From the NCBI RefSeq assembly GCF_006345805.1, contig NC_043019.1, positions 62,001 to 126,000 of the forward strand: a DNA stretch of 64,000 nucleotides, written 5' to 3'. Position 1 is the first letter of the stretch. Each line of letters starts with the position of its first letter. This document shows positions 40,355 through 52,818 of the stretch, in pieces. This DNA comes from Octopus sinensis. Taxonomy: Eukaryota. Position numbers and translations under genes: made by a program. The notes under the pieces are model-generated. The model saw only the letters and a list, made by a program, of their open reading frames with translations. It did no database searches and was not told where the DNA came from.

Positions 40355-40509
40355 ATAAACTGGTACATGTAACTCTGGAATTATCGTTTTATTTACAGGA
40401 GTGAAGAGGTCATTCCACACTATAACTACACGGTCCAAGAATGGCAGATTGTGAAGTGCATTGAGAATCTTATACAAGATATACTGCCTTCGATATGTCA
40501 GGATCACAA
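40355..40509 (-). CDS. EXTL3: EXTL3-like coding exon 3 (155 bp, phase 1-0)
   Basis: ccgtttag|TT GTG...TAT|gtaagt; (V)VILTYRR...LPFLDRVVIVWN...PELHVPVY (start of GT64). Confidence 0.92.
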
Positions 40510-40584
40510 CTAAACGGGTGAAGAAAGTGGATAAGAATTAGACTACAGATTTCAGTGAGTGAATGAGTGCATTTGATAATGAAT

Positions 40585-40990
40585 TACTCTCTTTACTCGT
40601 TTCAGTCATTTGACTGCGGCCATGCTGGAGCACCGCCTTTAATCGAGCAACTCGACCCCGGGACTTATTCTTTTGTAAGCCCAGTACTTATTCTATTGGT
40701 CTCTTTTGCCGAACCGCTAAGTGACGGGGACATAAACACACCAGCATCAGTTGCCAAGCAATGCCAGAGGAACAAACACCCACACACGAACATACACGCA
40801 CATATATATATATATGTACATACATATATACGACGGGCTTCTTTCAGTTTCCGTCTACCAAATCCACTCACAAGGCTTTGGACGGCCCGAGGCTATAGTA
40901 GAAGACACTTGCCCAAGGTGCCATGCAGTGGAACTGAACCCGGAACCATGTGGCTGGTAAACAAGCTACTTACTACACAGCCACTCCATA
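40585..40990 (-). mobile_element. SINE family A, near full length
   Basis: As other copies. Confidence 0.85.
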
Positions 40991-40992
40991 TA

Positions 40993-41066
<74 letters not shown>

Positions 41067-41181
41067 TATATATGTATATATATATATAATATATATATAT
41101 ATACAAATATATATATATGTATAATATATATATATATATATACATATATATAAATATATATATATGTATAAATATATATAT

Positions 41182-41231
<50 letters not shown>

Positions 41232-41232
41232 T

Positions 41233-41299
<67 letters not shown>

Positions 41300-41339
41300 T
41301 ATATATGTATTTATATATATATATATATATTTATTTATA

Positions 41340-41379
<40 letters not shown>

Positions 41380-41384
41380 TTATA

Positions 41385-41415
<31 letters not shown>
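40990..41415. repeat. (TA)n microsatellite
   Basis: Direct inspection. Confidence 0.95.
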
Positions 41416-41592
41416 GACTAGAGTGTTAGAAACACCGACGTTGCTAAGAAATAAGAGCTAAATTTATCTAATGCTGTAGTTAAGGTACATAATTCTAAAC
41501 ATATTCACTGACAGGAACTATAATCGCCTGAAAACATCGGAAGGACCGCTAGACTTTGGCTGATTCCGGACTGAATTCTCTGTAAGTATATA

Positions 41593-43194
41593 CAGTAGGG
41601 GGAAATAAATATTCGTGATGTGTCAAAATTCTTTATATATTTAATTTCTAATAAACGTAAATGGAATATACCAATACTATATTTGCATACACATGCATAA
41701 ACTAAGAATATGCAAAAGAAACTTATAAATTATTGTAACTAAGGAATTTATATTCAATTATAAGTATTTAGGGGTGAAAAAAGTATTCGTACAGAACATA
41801 AGTAACTGATAATTCTGATTTAATACTTCGTAGCATAACAATTATTCAGTTCCACTTCAACCAATCTTTTCTTGTAGTTCTTAATCAAAGACTCGCATGT
41901 TTCTTTAGGAATTTTTTCCCATTCTTCTTGACAAATTTTCTTCAAATCTGCAATGCACGTTGGGGCTCTTGAATGAATTTTAATTTTCAAATAATGCCAC
42001 AAATTTTAAATGGGATTCAAATCAGGTGACTGGCTTGGCCATTCTAATAATTTTATATTGTGATCGACAATCCATTTTTTGGTAGACTTCGTCGTGTGCT
42101 TAGGATCGTTATCCTGTTGCAAAACCCACCCTTCACAAAGCTGGAGCTTTTCTACAGAGTCCCATAAATCATTGTTCAAAATATTTTGGTACATCTCTGC
42201 ATTCATTCTATCATCTATCACACGTAAATTTCCAGTACCATTTGCAGAGAAACACTCCACACCATGATGTTGCCACCTCCAAACTTTACGGTAGGAATTG
42301 TGTTTTTCGGCGAATAGGTGGTCCCATCTTTCCTCCGAACATGGCTCCAAACAATTCAATTTTCGACTCGTCTGTCCATAGAACATTTTCCCAGAATGTA
42401 TCAGATTTATCTTTATGTTCAGAAACAAATTTTAAACGGCATCTCTATGCCTTTTAGTCAACAGCGGAGTTTTTCTAGGAGAGCGTGATTTCAGTTCATT
42501 CCTATGAAGTTCATTGCTGATTGTTCGTAGTGTAACACTAGTCTCTGGAGCTAACAAATCTTCTTGTAACTCCTTTCTGGTGATCATTGCATTTTTTCAG
42601 ATTCTTCGCTTCATTTTTCCTAAAGATCTATGGGAAATCTTGTGTGGTGCACTGGATCTTATACTGTTTCCAACAGATCCCGATTTTTTATATCTTTGAA
42701 TAAATGAAGATATGGTAGAAAATGGAATACAAAGGGTCTCTGATATTTTCCTGTAACTTTTACCTGCTTTCCACTGTTCAATAATTAAGTTTTCCACTGA
42801 ATTTGTGAGTTCTTTACTTTTCGCCATTATTACGATACTACTTTATGTTGTCTCAATGCTGAATGAAGAAGCTAGTGTTTTGACGCTTAAAAATGACAAC
42901 TGATAAGATTATTAGAACAAACGAGAAAGTTCTAGTAAAACTAAAAATTATTTTAACAGTATTTTGTGGCATAGAAAATCATATATTTATTCTTTACGAA
43001 TACTTTTTTCACCCCTAAATATTTATAATTGTATATAAATTCTTTAGTTACTATAATTTTATTAGTTTCTTTTGCATATTTCTTAGTTTATGCATGTGTA
43101 TGCAAATATAGTATTGGTATATCCCATTTATGTTCATTAGAAGTTAAATAAATAAAGAATTTTGACATGTACGAATATTTATTTTCCCCCACTG
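41593..43194 (-). mobile_element. Full-length defective Tc1-like transposon with ~200-bp IR/DR-type TIRs
   Basis: TA|CAGTAGGGGGAAA...TTTCCCCCACTG|TA; transposase MAKSKEL..., LQQDNDPKH, WPSQSPDLNPI; frameshifted. Confidence 0.93.
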
Positions 43195-43376
43195 TAAATC
43201 TATACAATCATGTGCTTTGACTAGAGTTAGTGCATTTTAGCTCTTATTTCTAGCAAGGTAGGTGTTTCTAACAACCGAGTCATATTTAGGGACAATTATG
43301 GTTTTCAATTTGAATAAAACATTATTGACAGACAATAATAAATCTCAGAGCGAGTTATAAACAGTAGCTACAACAC

Positions 43377-43626
43377 ATCGTGACGTACATTTGCCATTTA
43401 AATATGGCTAACCCATAAGGGTGGATGCTACTGTAGTTTGTAGCCCCAGGAGGACACCTCCTCCAGCTGGCCATAGACACACTTTCTGTGCCCTATCAGT
43501 GTTTGCAAAGGGAAGCCGAAGTGTGTCTATGGCCAGCTGGAGGAGGTGTCCTCCTGGGGCTACAAACTACAGTAGCATTCACCCTTAGGGGTTAGCCATA
43601 TTTAAATGGCAAATGTATGTCACGAT
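43377..43626. repeat. Fold-back inverted repeat, ~108-bp arms
   Basis: 43377-43484 versus 43519-43626; one arm recurs at ~58500-58625. Confidence 0.9.
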
Positions 43627-45294
43627 TATTGACAGAGCTGTCTATAATTTTCCGTATACACATTATTAGCAATTCACTAAATCACCTATAGATTTTTATG
43701 ATGGAAACATATATACAGATAAAACATTTATTTAAACAAACGATGTCTGATTAAACATGATCTTCCATTCTGTTGTAAATTATTGATGAGCACTTGCGTC
43801 GATCTCTAAAGACACACACACACACACACACATACACGCATATATACACACACATACACGCATATACACACACACATACACACGCAAACACACCGGAGAA
43901 GTCTGAGTTTCCCCAGCAACGGAGTTTTGCTTCGTGTTTTTTTATTTTCCAGGTTATTTCGCATACTTTTAACGAACGTGACATCGAAATCACGCATAAA
44001 AGGCTCCTATTTCATGCACGCTATGCTTTAACGTAACAATTATATCGGTTATTTTCCCATTAAGCACAGTTTTTGATATTTATACCCCCACAAACCCGGG
44101 ATATCTCAATAGCCACTGGTCCAGTTTTGCAAAACTTGTTTTATTCCGTTCGTATTCACATTTCAGAGGCTCTTTACTATCAAAGAATTTTCCTATTATG
44201 CGCCAGTTTGGCCTGTGTAACAGTGCAAGCAAGCAAGCAAGATTGAACTTCACTTTTAACAGTATACTATACTACCCGTGACCCGTTGGGTCTCCGGGGA
44301 TATCTGAGTTTCCTAGCAACGGAGTTTCGTTTCGTGGTTTCTTTTTCCTTTCCAGGTTATTTCGCATGCTTTCAACGAATATGACATCGAAATCAAGCGT
44401 AAAAGGCTCCTTTCTCTAGAAAAAGGAAAGATTTGGCTATTATTTCTTGCACGCCTTGCTACAAAGTAACAGGTATTTCGGGTCCTTTATCGCAAATAAC
44501 TGTTACGTGGTAGCAGAGCGTGCTAGAAATAACAGCCAAATTTTTGGAGGTGAGATACGTTGAATGCACTCGAAAGAATCCTATGGCAAAAAGAAACCTA
44601 TTTTACACCGAGGTTACGAACAGGTCTTTTACGAAATATTTACCGTATTTTTAAAGTCATTTTCTCTTTAAAATATTTTGCCCATCATTATGTGTCAAAT
44701 GGAAAGATTAGAGTTTGGCTGTGTAACATTGCAAGCAATCAAGCAAGATTGAAATTCATTTTTAATACATTATACATAGATATAGAGACCTTCTGTGTTT
44801 ATCTCCCGCCCGGTCATTCACTCAGTATTGCCTATGTCGTTTGTTTATTTAACATACATTTTCCATTTGTGTATATATATATATATATATATATACATAG
44901 ACATACATACACAAATAGACACACACACACACATACACACGCACATATATATATATATGTAAGGAATCATGAGCACATACACTTGTGTAAATATATATTT
45001 TACGCAGACACGCGTATGCACTCACATATTTTGACATATTTACTCATACACACAAACACACACACACACACACATACACATGCTCACACCCACGCGCACA
45101 CATACATATACTTATACATATGGGTGTGTGCGTGCTTGTATATATTCAATAACATTTGATTTATTTAATATATTATAGTGCGTAACTTTAATCACACATC
45201 TGTTTGTATTTGTATTTGCAAGCCAAATATGGGACATTTGTGGTTTTCGTTTTGTTTACAATTGTCGATGTAAAATGTTTTTAACGTATCATAT

Positions 45295-45515
45295 ACTCTT
45301 TACTCTTTTACTTGTTTCAGTCATTTGACTGCGACCATACTGGAGCACCGCCTTTTATCGAGCACCTCGACCCCGGGACTTATTCTTTTTGTAAGCCCAG
45401 CACTTATTCTATCGGTCTCTTATGCCGAACCGCTAAGTTACGGGGACATAAACACACCAGCATCGGTTGTCAGGCAATGCTAGGGGGAACAAACACAGAC
45501 ACACAAACACATACA

Positions 45516-45568
<53 letters not shown>

Positions 45569-46013
45569 CAAACCAAATCAAATCAGATATCAGAAAGCAG
45601 AACCAAAATCGAAGTCAATCAACATCAGTGGAAATTGCAGTTGTGATACCAGTGCCGGTGACAAGTAAGCGAACCATCGGATCGTGGCCGTTGCCAGCGC
45701 CGCCCCGACTGGCCTCCGTGCCGGTGGCACGTAAAATGCACCATCCGTCCGTGGCCCTTGCCAGCCTCGCCTCACCCCTGTGCCGGTGGCGCGTAAAAAG
45801 CACCATCCGTCCGTGGCCGTTTGCCAGCTCCGTCTGGCACCTGTGCGGGTGGCACGTAAAAAGCACCCACTACACTCACGGAGCGGTTGGCGTTAGGAAG
45901 GGCATCCAGCCGTAGAAACACTGCCAGATCAGACTAGGCCTGATGCAGCCTTCTGGCTTCACAGACCCCAGTTGAACCGTCCAACCCATGCTAGCATGGA
46001 AAGCGGACGCTAA

Positions 46014-46087
<74 letters not shown>

Positions 46088-46258
46088 ATACATATATATG
46101 ACGGGCTCCTTTCAGTTTCCATCTACCAAATCCACTCACAAGGCTTTGGTCGGCCCGAGGCTATAGTAGAAAACACTTGCCCAAGATGCCACGCAGTGGG
46201 ACTGAACCCCGAACCATGTGGTTGGTAAACAAGCTACTTACCACACAGCCGCTCCTAA
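45295..46258 (-). mobile_element. SINE family A split at its microsatellite linker by a LINE 3'-UTR-type insert (45566-46090, +)
   Basis: SINE tail half at 45295-45515, head half at 46095-46258; the insert ends in (TGA)n. Confidence 0.75.
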
Positions 46259-46519
46259 TACAAATAAGTAAAATGGAGAAACAAATTTAGTTAAATGTCT
46301 TTTCCTGTATAGTTAAACGAATTTTTCTTGTGTAACAGTCTTTTGTTAAAGCGGCAATCCAGCTAAACTATTGGCATGGTTAACAAAATGCTTAGAACAT
46401 TACTTCTTCTGGCTTTTTCTGATCTGTTTTGAAGTTCTGTCACAGTTCAACTTTGCCTTTCATCTCTTCAGAGTCGATAAAATAAATAAAGGCGTGGTCT
46501 GTTTACACACAGTGCTTGG

Positions 46520-47175
46520 AAGGAAGGTGTGTAGCGTGTGATCCTCGGACCGACCATGATGAAGAAAGATGAGCAGAGAATCCGCATGAAATTTTGCCAA
46601 AAGCTTAGTGATACTTGCAGTGAGGCTTCCATAAGGTTTTCAAAAAGTTTTCATCGTTTTCGACACAATCGAGATTTTGTGCAACTGAAACCCGAGTATC
46701 TTTTCGGTCAGCTGAAAGCAGTTTTGGCACAAACTTGGCAGACATGCTTCTCATACACAAATCTTCACTGATAATGGACTGAACTGAACTGTAACTAATC
46801 CGCACATCCCCTAATAACTCAGGGATGGTGATTCGATGATTTTCCCTTACAGCTATGCCCTCATCTGCGATGTTTTTCTCAGTTCTGTTGGTTGCGGGTC
46901 TCACAAAACGTTTGTGAATATCGACATTTTTTCGGCCATCTTAGAAACATCTGGACAACTCGTACACTTGTGTGCGGCTCATACACTCGTCTCCATACAC
47001 TTTCTTCAACTTTGGCCTCTGAGCAGTTATCACCATCACAATTTTCTCTGTCACAGCAGAAGTGACTTAGAACATTAAAATTTAGTGCACGTGCAGAGCA
47101 GAGCTCACGGTCAATATTTGCCAGACGGTTTCACTCTGCGTGTTTTAGCTTCGTTACTATGGCAATAGCCCCTCG
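46520..47175 (-). mobile_element. Mariner 5' fragment
   Basis: TA|CGAGGGG TIR start; RITIPEL...SVQSIISEDLCMR..SAKFVPKLL motif. Confidence 0.8.
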
Positions 47176-47427
47176 TATATGTATCTATGTACACACACAC
47201 ACACGTATATATATTTATATATATACATAAATATGTGTTTTTTTTATATACATATATATATAAATATAGAGTAGTGGTACAACAAAGCACCAATGTTTAC
47301 TGGAAATAGCAGTCAATACATTTACGATGCTATAGTAAAGCTTCACTGTGTATATACAGGCAAAGACGTGTGAGGGCAGCAAACAAATAAGAACGTTACA
47401 TAAATGTACAACCCAGAATCGGATAAT

Positions 47428-47496
47428 CCAGTACCTAGGTTTCGGACTATTCAAACGCGTTTGTCTTCGTAAATTTGATTAGTCTTCATCAGCAGG
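47428..47496 (-). ncRNA. Type I hammerhead motif, slightly degenerate
   Basis: CCTG-CTGATGA-A-GACTA...TAGTC-C-GAAA-C(CTAG)G-TA-CTGG; one stem I mismatch. Confidence 0.55.
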
Positions 47497-47610
47497 GTTT
47501 ACCTGGACAATATTTCAAATGTTGAACCACTACGCTATATTTATACTTCTACCTTTACTTTATTTAACTGGAAAGTAATACATTAGTATTGCAATATTTT
47601 ATTTTCCATA

Positions 47611-48136
47611 TCTATATATATAAAACTGTAGTTGTGTGAGTGTCTGTCCCCTTCGATTTAGATTCCTAACTCCTCCCACATTTTGCGGTGCAGTTTAACC
47701 AAATTCGGGTATCTTATAGTCGTGATTCATATCGAGCCCGTCTGACTATTAGCGCGCGTCAACGATGAGTCTACGATTTTAAAAATAATTTAACATCATT
47801 TTTTTATTCCATTTTAATGCATAAAATGCATCGTGGTCGATGCGGTCGGATGGACGGAGTTGGCGTCCACGCTCACAGCTGCACTGCACGTTTGCTTCCC
47901 CCCTTCCCTCCCTCGTGATGCTGGGGTGTGGGGAAGGGGAGTGTAAAGAAATCAACGTCGTAATGCGTTGTGAAGGAAACCAACGTTCTTTTAGAACAAC
48001 GACTTCATGGCTTGAAGACACCAAAACAAAAATGGCTAAGAAAGCCCGAATTATAATGGAAGTAGTAACTCTAAAAATGCTTATATAGTTATTTCCCTTA
48101 CAAACCCGAGCAACGCGGCTGGGGGGGTACTGCTAG
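47611..48136 (+). mobile_element. Non-autonomous Helitron-like element with both termini
   Basis: A|TC start; shared module GATTTAGATTCCTAACT...; CCCGAGCAACGCGG...CTAG|T end. Confidence 0.75.
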
Positions 48137-48502
48137 TATATATATATAAATAGAAAACTGGGACAAGAACGCAAAACATTTAGAAGACGATACAAAAAAC
48201 ACGGACGGGACATTCGAAGCCTTCAATCTTCAGTCAAGAACCGGATCATCTTCGCATATATATATATATATATATATATATGTATACAGAAAGAGAGAGA
48301 GAATGAGAGAGAGAGAGAGGGGGGAAGATATGTCTGTAAAACAAGTGTTTATATATATATATATATATATATATACTTCATTGAGGTGTATATACGTACA
48401 CACACATGCACGGACATCTATCTATCTATCTATCTATCTATCTATATATATATATATATATGTATGCATATATATCTGTGTGTATGTGTGTATATATGTC
48501 TG

Positions 48503-48534
<32 letters not shown>

Positions 48535-48538
<4 letters not shown>

Positions 48539-50967
48539 TAAACAGTAAAAATAATTACAGACATGGACAAGAACATGAAACACCACAGAGACGACACAAG
48601 AACCACAGGACGGGACATTCGAAGCCCTCAGTCATCAGTCAAGAACCAGATCATTTAGCAATTTCGGTGATTAATCTTGAGATTGCTCCGATATGGCCAG
48701 CAAGCCAAGGGAAATCTAAGCCAAGCGCATTAGATCCCCTGGAAGAAAGCTTCGAATGTATACAACGCGAGGACGGAAAACGAACGAAGTACATAAACAA
48801 AAATACAGAATACGTGACACCAATAAGAATACAAAAACGTAAAAACAATAACGGTAAAAAAAAAATAAAAAAAAATAAACAACAAAACAAAACCACGTGG
48901 GACGTGGGACAAGGGTCTTTCGACAGGACGAGTTGAGTATGGGGCTGGCTTGTGAAGTTGTGCCTAATGGCCACGGGGGGAGACGAACAAATACGTGTGC
49001 TTCTGCGGTGCTGAAAACGAAAAGAGCGCTCAACGGCGGCTAGCTGTCACGTGAGAACAGAAGACAGGAGAAAGGGACAGATGAAAAGAGAGAGAAGGTG
49101 GACGAGGGAGGAGAAGAAAGAGACAGATCGAGGGGGCTGGAGGTGAGAGAGATAGAGAAACGTAGAAGGGGGGGGAGACGGATGGAGAGGGAAAGAAAGG
49201 AAGGGGAATAAGGGAGGAGAGAGAGAGAGAAAAAGAGACAGATTAAGAGTCGTATCAATGCTAGAGAAAAAATATACTTATCGTATAAGGTCAATTGTGG
49301 ATACGTAGCCGCCGATTATATAGGTAAACAGTAAAAATAATTACAGACATGGACAAGAACATGAAACACCACAGAGACGACACAAGAACCACAGGACGGG
49401 ACATTCGAAGCCCTCAGTCATCAGTCAGGAACCAGATCATCTTAGCAATTCGGCTGATTAATCTTGAGATTGCTCCGATATGGCCAGCCAGCCAGGGAAA
49501 TCTAAGCCAAGCGCATTAGATCCCCTGGAAGAAAGCTTCGAATGTATACAACGCGAGGACGGAAAACGAACGAAGTACATAAACAAAAATACAGAATACG
49601 TGACACCAATAAGAATACAAAAACGTAAAAACAATAACGGTAAAAATAAAAATAAAAAATAAACAACAAAACAAAACCAGGACGTGGGACAAGGGTCTTT
49701 CGACAGGACGAGTTGAGTATGGGGCTGGCTTGTGAAGTTGTGCCTAATGGCCACGGGGAGACGAACAAATACGTGTTGCTTCTGCGGCTGCTGAAAACGA
49801 AAAGAGCGCTCAACGGCGGCTAGCTGTCACGTGAGAACAGAAGACAGGAGAAAGGGACAGATGAAAAGAGAGAGAAGGTGGACGAGGGAGGAGAAGAAAG
49901 AGACAGATCGAGGGGGCTGGAGGTGAGAGAGATAGAGAAACGTAGAAGGGGGGGGGGAGACGGATGGGAGGGAAAGAAAGGAAGGGGAATAAGGGAGGAG
50001 AGAGAGAGAAAAAGAGACAGATTAAGAGTCGTATCAATGCTAGAGAAAAAATATACTTATCGTATAAGGTCAATTGTGGATACGTAGCCGCCGATTATAT
50101 AGGTAAACAGTAAAAATAATTACAGACATGGACAAGAACATGAAACACCACAGAGACGACACAAGAACCACAGGACGGGACATTCGAAGCCCTCAGTCAT
50201 CAGTCAAGAACCAGATCATCTTAGCAATTTCGGCTGATTAATCTTGAGATTGCTCCGATATGGCCAGCCAGCCAAGGGAAATCTAAGCCAAGCGCATTAG
50301 ATCCCCTGGAAGAAAGCTTCGAATGTATACAACGCGAGGACGGAAAACGAACGAAGTACATAAACAAAAATACAGAATACGTGACACCAATAAGAATACA
50401 AAAACGTAAAAAACATAACGGTAAAAATAAAAATAAAAAATAAACAACAAAACAAAACCAGGACGTGGGACAAGGGTCTTTCGACAGGACGAGTTGAGTA
50501 TGGGGCTGGCTCTTGTGAAGTTGTGCCTAATGGCCACGGGGAGACGAACAAATACGTGTTGCTTCTGCGGCTGCTGAAAACGAAAAGAGCGCTCAACGGC
50601 GGCTAGCTGTCACGTGAGAACAGAAGACAGGAGAAAGGGACAGATGAAAAGAGAGAGAAGGTGGACGAGGGAGGAGAAGAAAGAGACAGATCGAGGGGGC
50701 TGGAGGTGAGAGAGATAGAGAAACGTAGAAGGGGGGGGAGACGGATGGAGAGGGAAAGAAAGGAAGGGGAATAAGGGAGGAGAGAGAGAGAGAAAAAGAG
50801 ACAGATTAAGAGTCGTATCAATGCTAGAGAAAAAATATACTTATCGTATAAGGTCAATTGTGGATACGTAGCCGCCGATTATATAGGTAAACAGTAAAAA
50901 TAATTACAGACATGGACAAGAACATGAAACACCACAGAGACGACACAAGAACCACAGGACGGGACAT
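48535..50967. repeat. Tandem array of 3.1 x ~783-bp units
   Basis: TAGGTAAACAGTAAAAATAA starts at 48535, 49321, 50100 and 50884; high identity, differences mostly 1-nt indels. Confidence 0.96.
50188..50254 (-). ncRNA. Candidate non-circularly permuted (pseudoknotted) hammerhead; damaged homologues in units 1 and 2
   Basis: AGCAAU-C-UCAAGA / AGCC-GAA-AUUGCU / UCUUGA-CUGAUGA-cugag-GGCU; see findings. Confidence 0.5.
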
Positions 50968-51336
50968 ACACACGTGTGTATACAAAATGAGGAATAGTTA
51001 AACAGCCGACAACTGATGAAGGGTCCTTACTCTGTGTTTACTTGTCCTGTTTTCCATTTTTCTCTCTCGTTGTTTACGTATTTAACACGTTTGCTTACAT
51101 ATTTCCTGTTGTTTGCACAGTTGGTGACGTCCTGTTCCCATATTTGCATACATACACACACATATTTGCATACATATGTATTATTGATTATTATCTTATT
51201 GAACACCACGCATCCATTTCCAAGTAAATTTTTCTTCACCATTTTGATGCGACTCTACTCTCTCTTCTTCCGCCATCCTTGTCTAATTCTCTTTTCCTCC
51301 GCCTTCCTCTTTCTCCGTTTTCTGTCTGTCTGTCCG

Positions 51337-51401
<65 letters not shown>

Positions 51402-51868
51402 GCTCACACGTAACTATCGTCCATCTTTCTTTTCCTCACATGATCATCTTTCTTTTCCTGCACGGACGTTCAAAAGACAGGGGTTTTTTTTCTCTCACTT
51501 CTGTCTTTTCTCTTTTCAAAGAAAATATTTCTCCCAGCGTTCACTATTTTCCTCTCATTCTGGTCTAACTTCCCTCCGTGCTTGTTTTCGCTCCGTTTCC
51601 TTGTATGCCTCCACTGTCCTGTTTTTGTTCCCAACTTTAACCCTCCATAAATCCTAAATTTTATCCTAGAATTTATGGGAGCAACTGTCTTTGAAGATTC
51701 ATATTGTCGTTGTATGCTCGAAATGAGGGATCGGCAAAAGGGTGCGATAGAATAATTTCTAAGCTTAAAGTAAGTATTTGGGTTGATGTGTTTGACTAAA
51801 ATCCTTTAAGGTGATGGTCCAGCATGGCCACTGCCAAATGACTGAAACAAGTAAAAGACACACACACA

Positions 51869-51917
<49 letters not shown>

Positions 51918-52058
51918 GCATTCCACAATACTTCAAGAATACTACAACACTGTGAACAGATACAAAGATGCGAACCGGTAAACCCTTATTAACATGTAAT
52001 TCACGCTTGGTACAGAATAAAGTTCCTTTTGTTGCTTTAAATAAAGTAACAGATTTAC

Positions 52059-52094
52059 CTGTAAATTTTTCGGGTGGCCAGCTCTTACCGGGTT
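52059..52094 (-). CDS. EXTL3: EXTL3-like coding exon 2, 36-nt micro-exon (phase 1-1)
   Basis: tttttattcttag|AA CCC...ACA G|gtaaat; (K)PGKSWPPEKFT joins VVILTY, matching EXTL3 PREQFTVVMLTY. Confidence 0.8.
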
Positions 52095-52364
52095 CTAAGA
52101 ATAAAAAGATAAAATATCACATAGTTATACTGCTTTCAAATTTTGGCACAAGTCCAGCGGTTTCGGGGAAGGGGGTAGGCCGGTTACATCGACTCCAGTG
52201 CTCAACTGCTACTTATTTTATCGATCTCGAGGATGAAAAGAAAAGTCGACGTCGGTGGAATTCGAACTTAGAACGTGCAGGCGACCGAAATGCCACTAAG
52301 CATGTTTCCGGCGTGCTAACGATTCTGCCAGTTCGCCACCACATCACATGGTTATAAAACATCG

Positions 52365-52692
52365 GCTGTTTGATAAGTAGCTTGCTTACTAGCCACATGG
52401 TTCCGGGTTCAGTCCCACTGCATGGCACCTTGGACAAGTGTCTTCTACTATAGCGTCGAGCCGACCAAGGTTCTGTGAGTGAATTTGGTAGACTGAAACT
52501 GAAAAAAGCCCGTCGTATATATATGTGCGTGTGTGTGTGTATATTTGTGTGCCTGTGTTTGCTCCCCCAACATCGCTTGACAACCGATGTTGGTGTATTC
52601 ACGTCCCCGTAATCTAGCGGTTCGGTAAAAAGCGACCGATAGAATAAGTACTAGGCTTGGGGTCGAATTGTTCAACTAAAGGCGATGCTCCA
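52365..52692 (+). mobile_element. SINE family A copy
   Basis: Head/core/linker recognisable, 3'-truncated. Confidence 0.8.
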
Positions 52693-52818
52693 GACTACCC
52701 GAATGGAGATCCTTGACACTCAGCCCCTCGAGAGTAGATGATACCTAAGAACTGAATATTAACAACAACAACTACAGCACTAACAAAAACAATATTTAAG
52801 TAAAATTCTAGTACTCAC

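Noticed and set aside
52693-52752. GC-richer stretch after ttcttag as a possible extra EXTL3-like exon
   Set aside because: The phase-1 reading hits TAG with no strong phase-1 donor; it would need a weak alternative donor in exon 1. RNA-seq would settle it.
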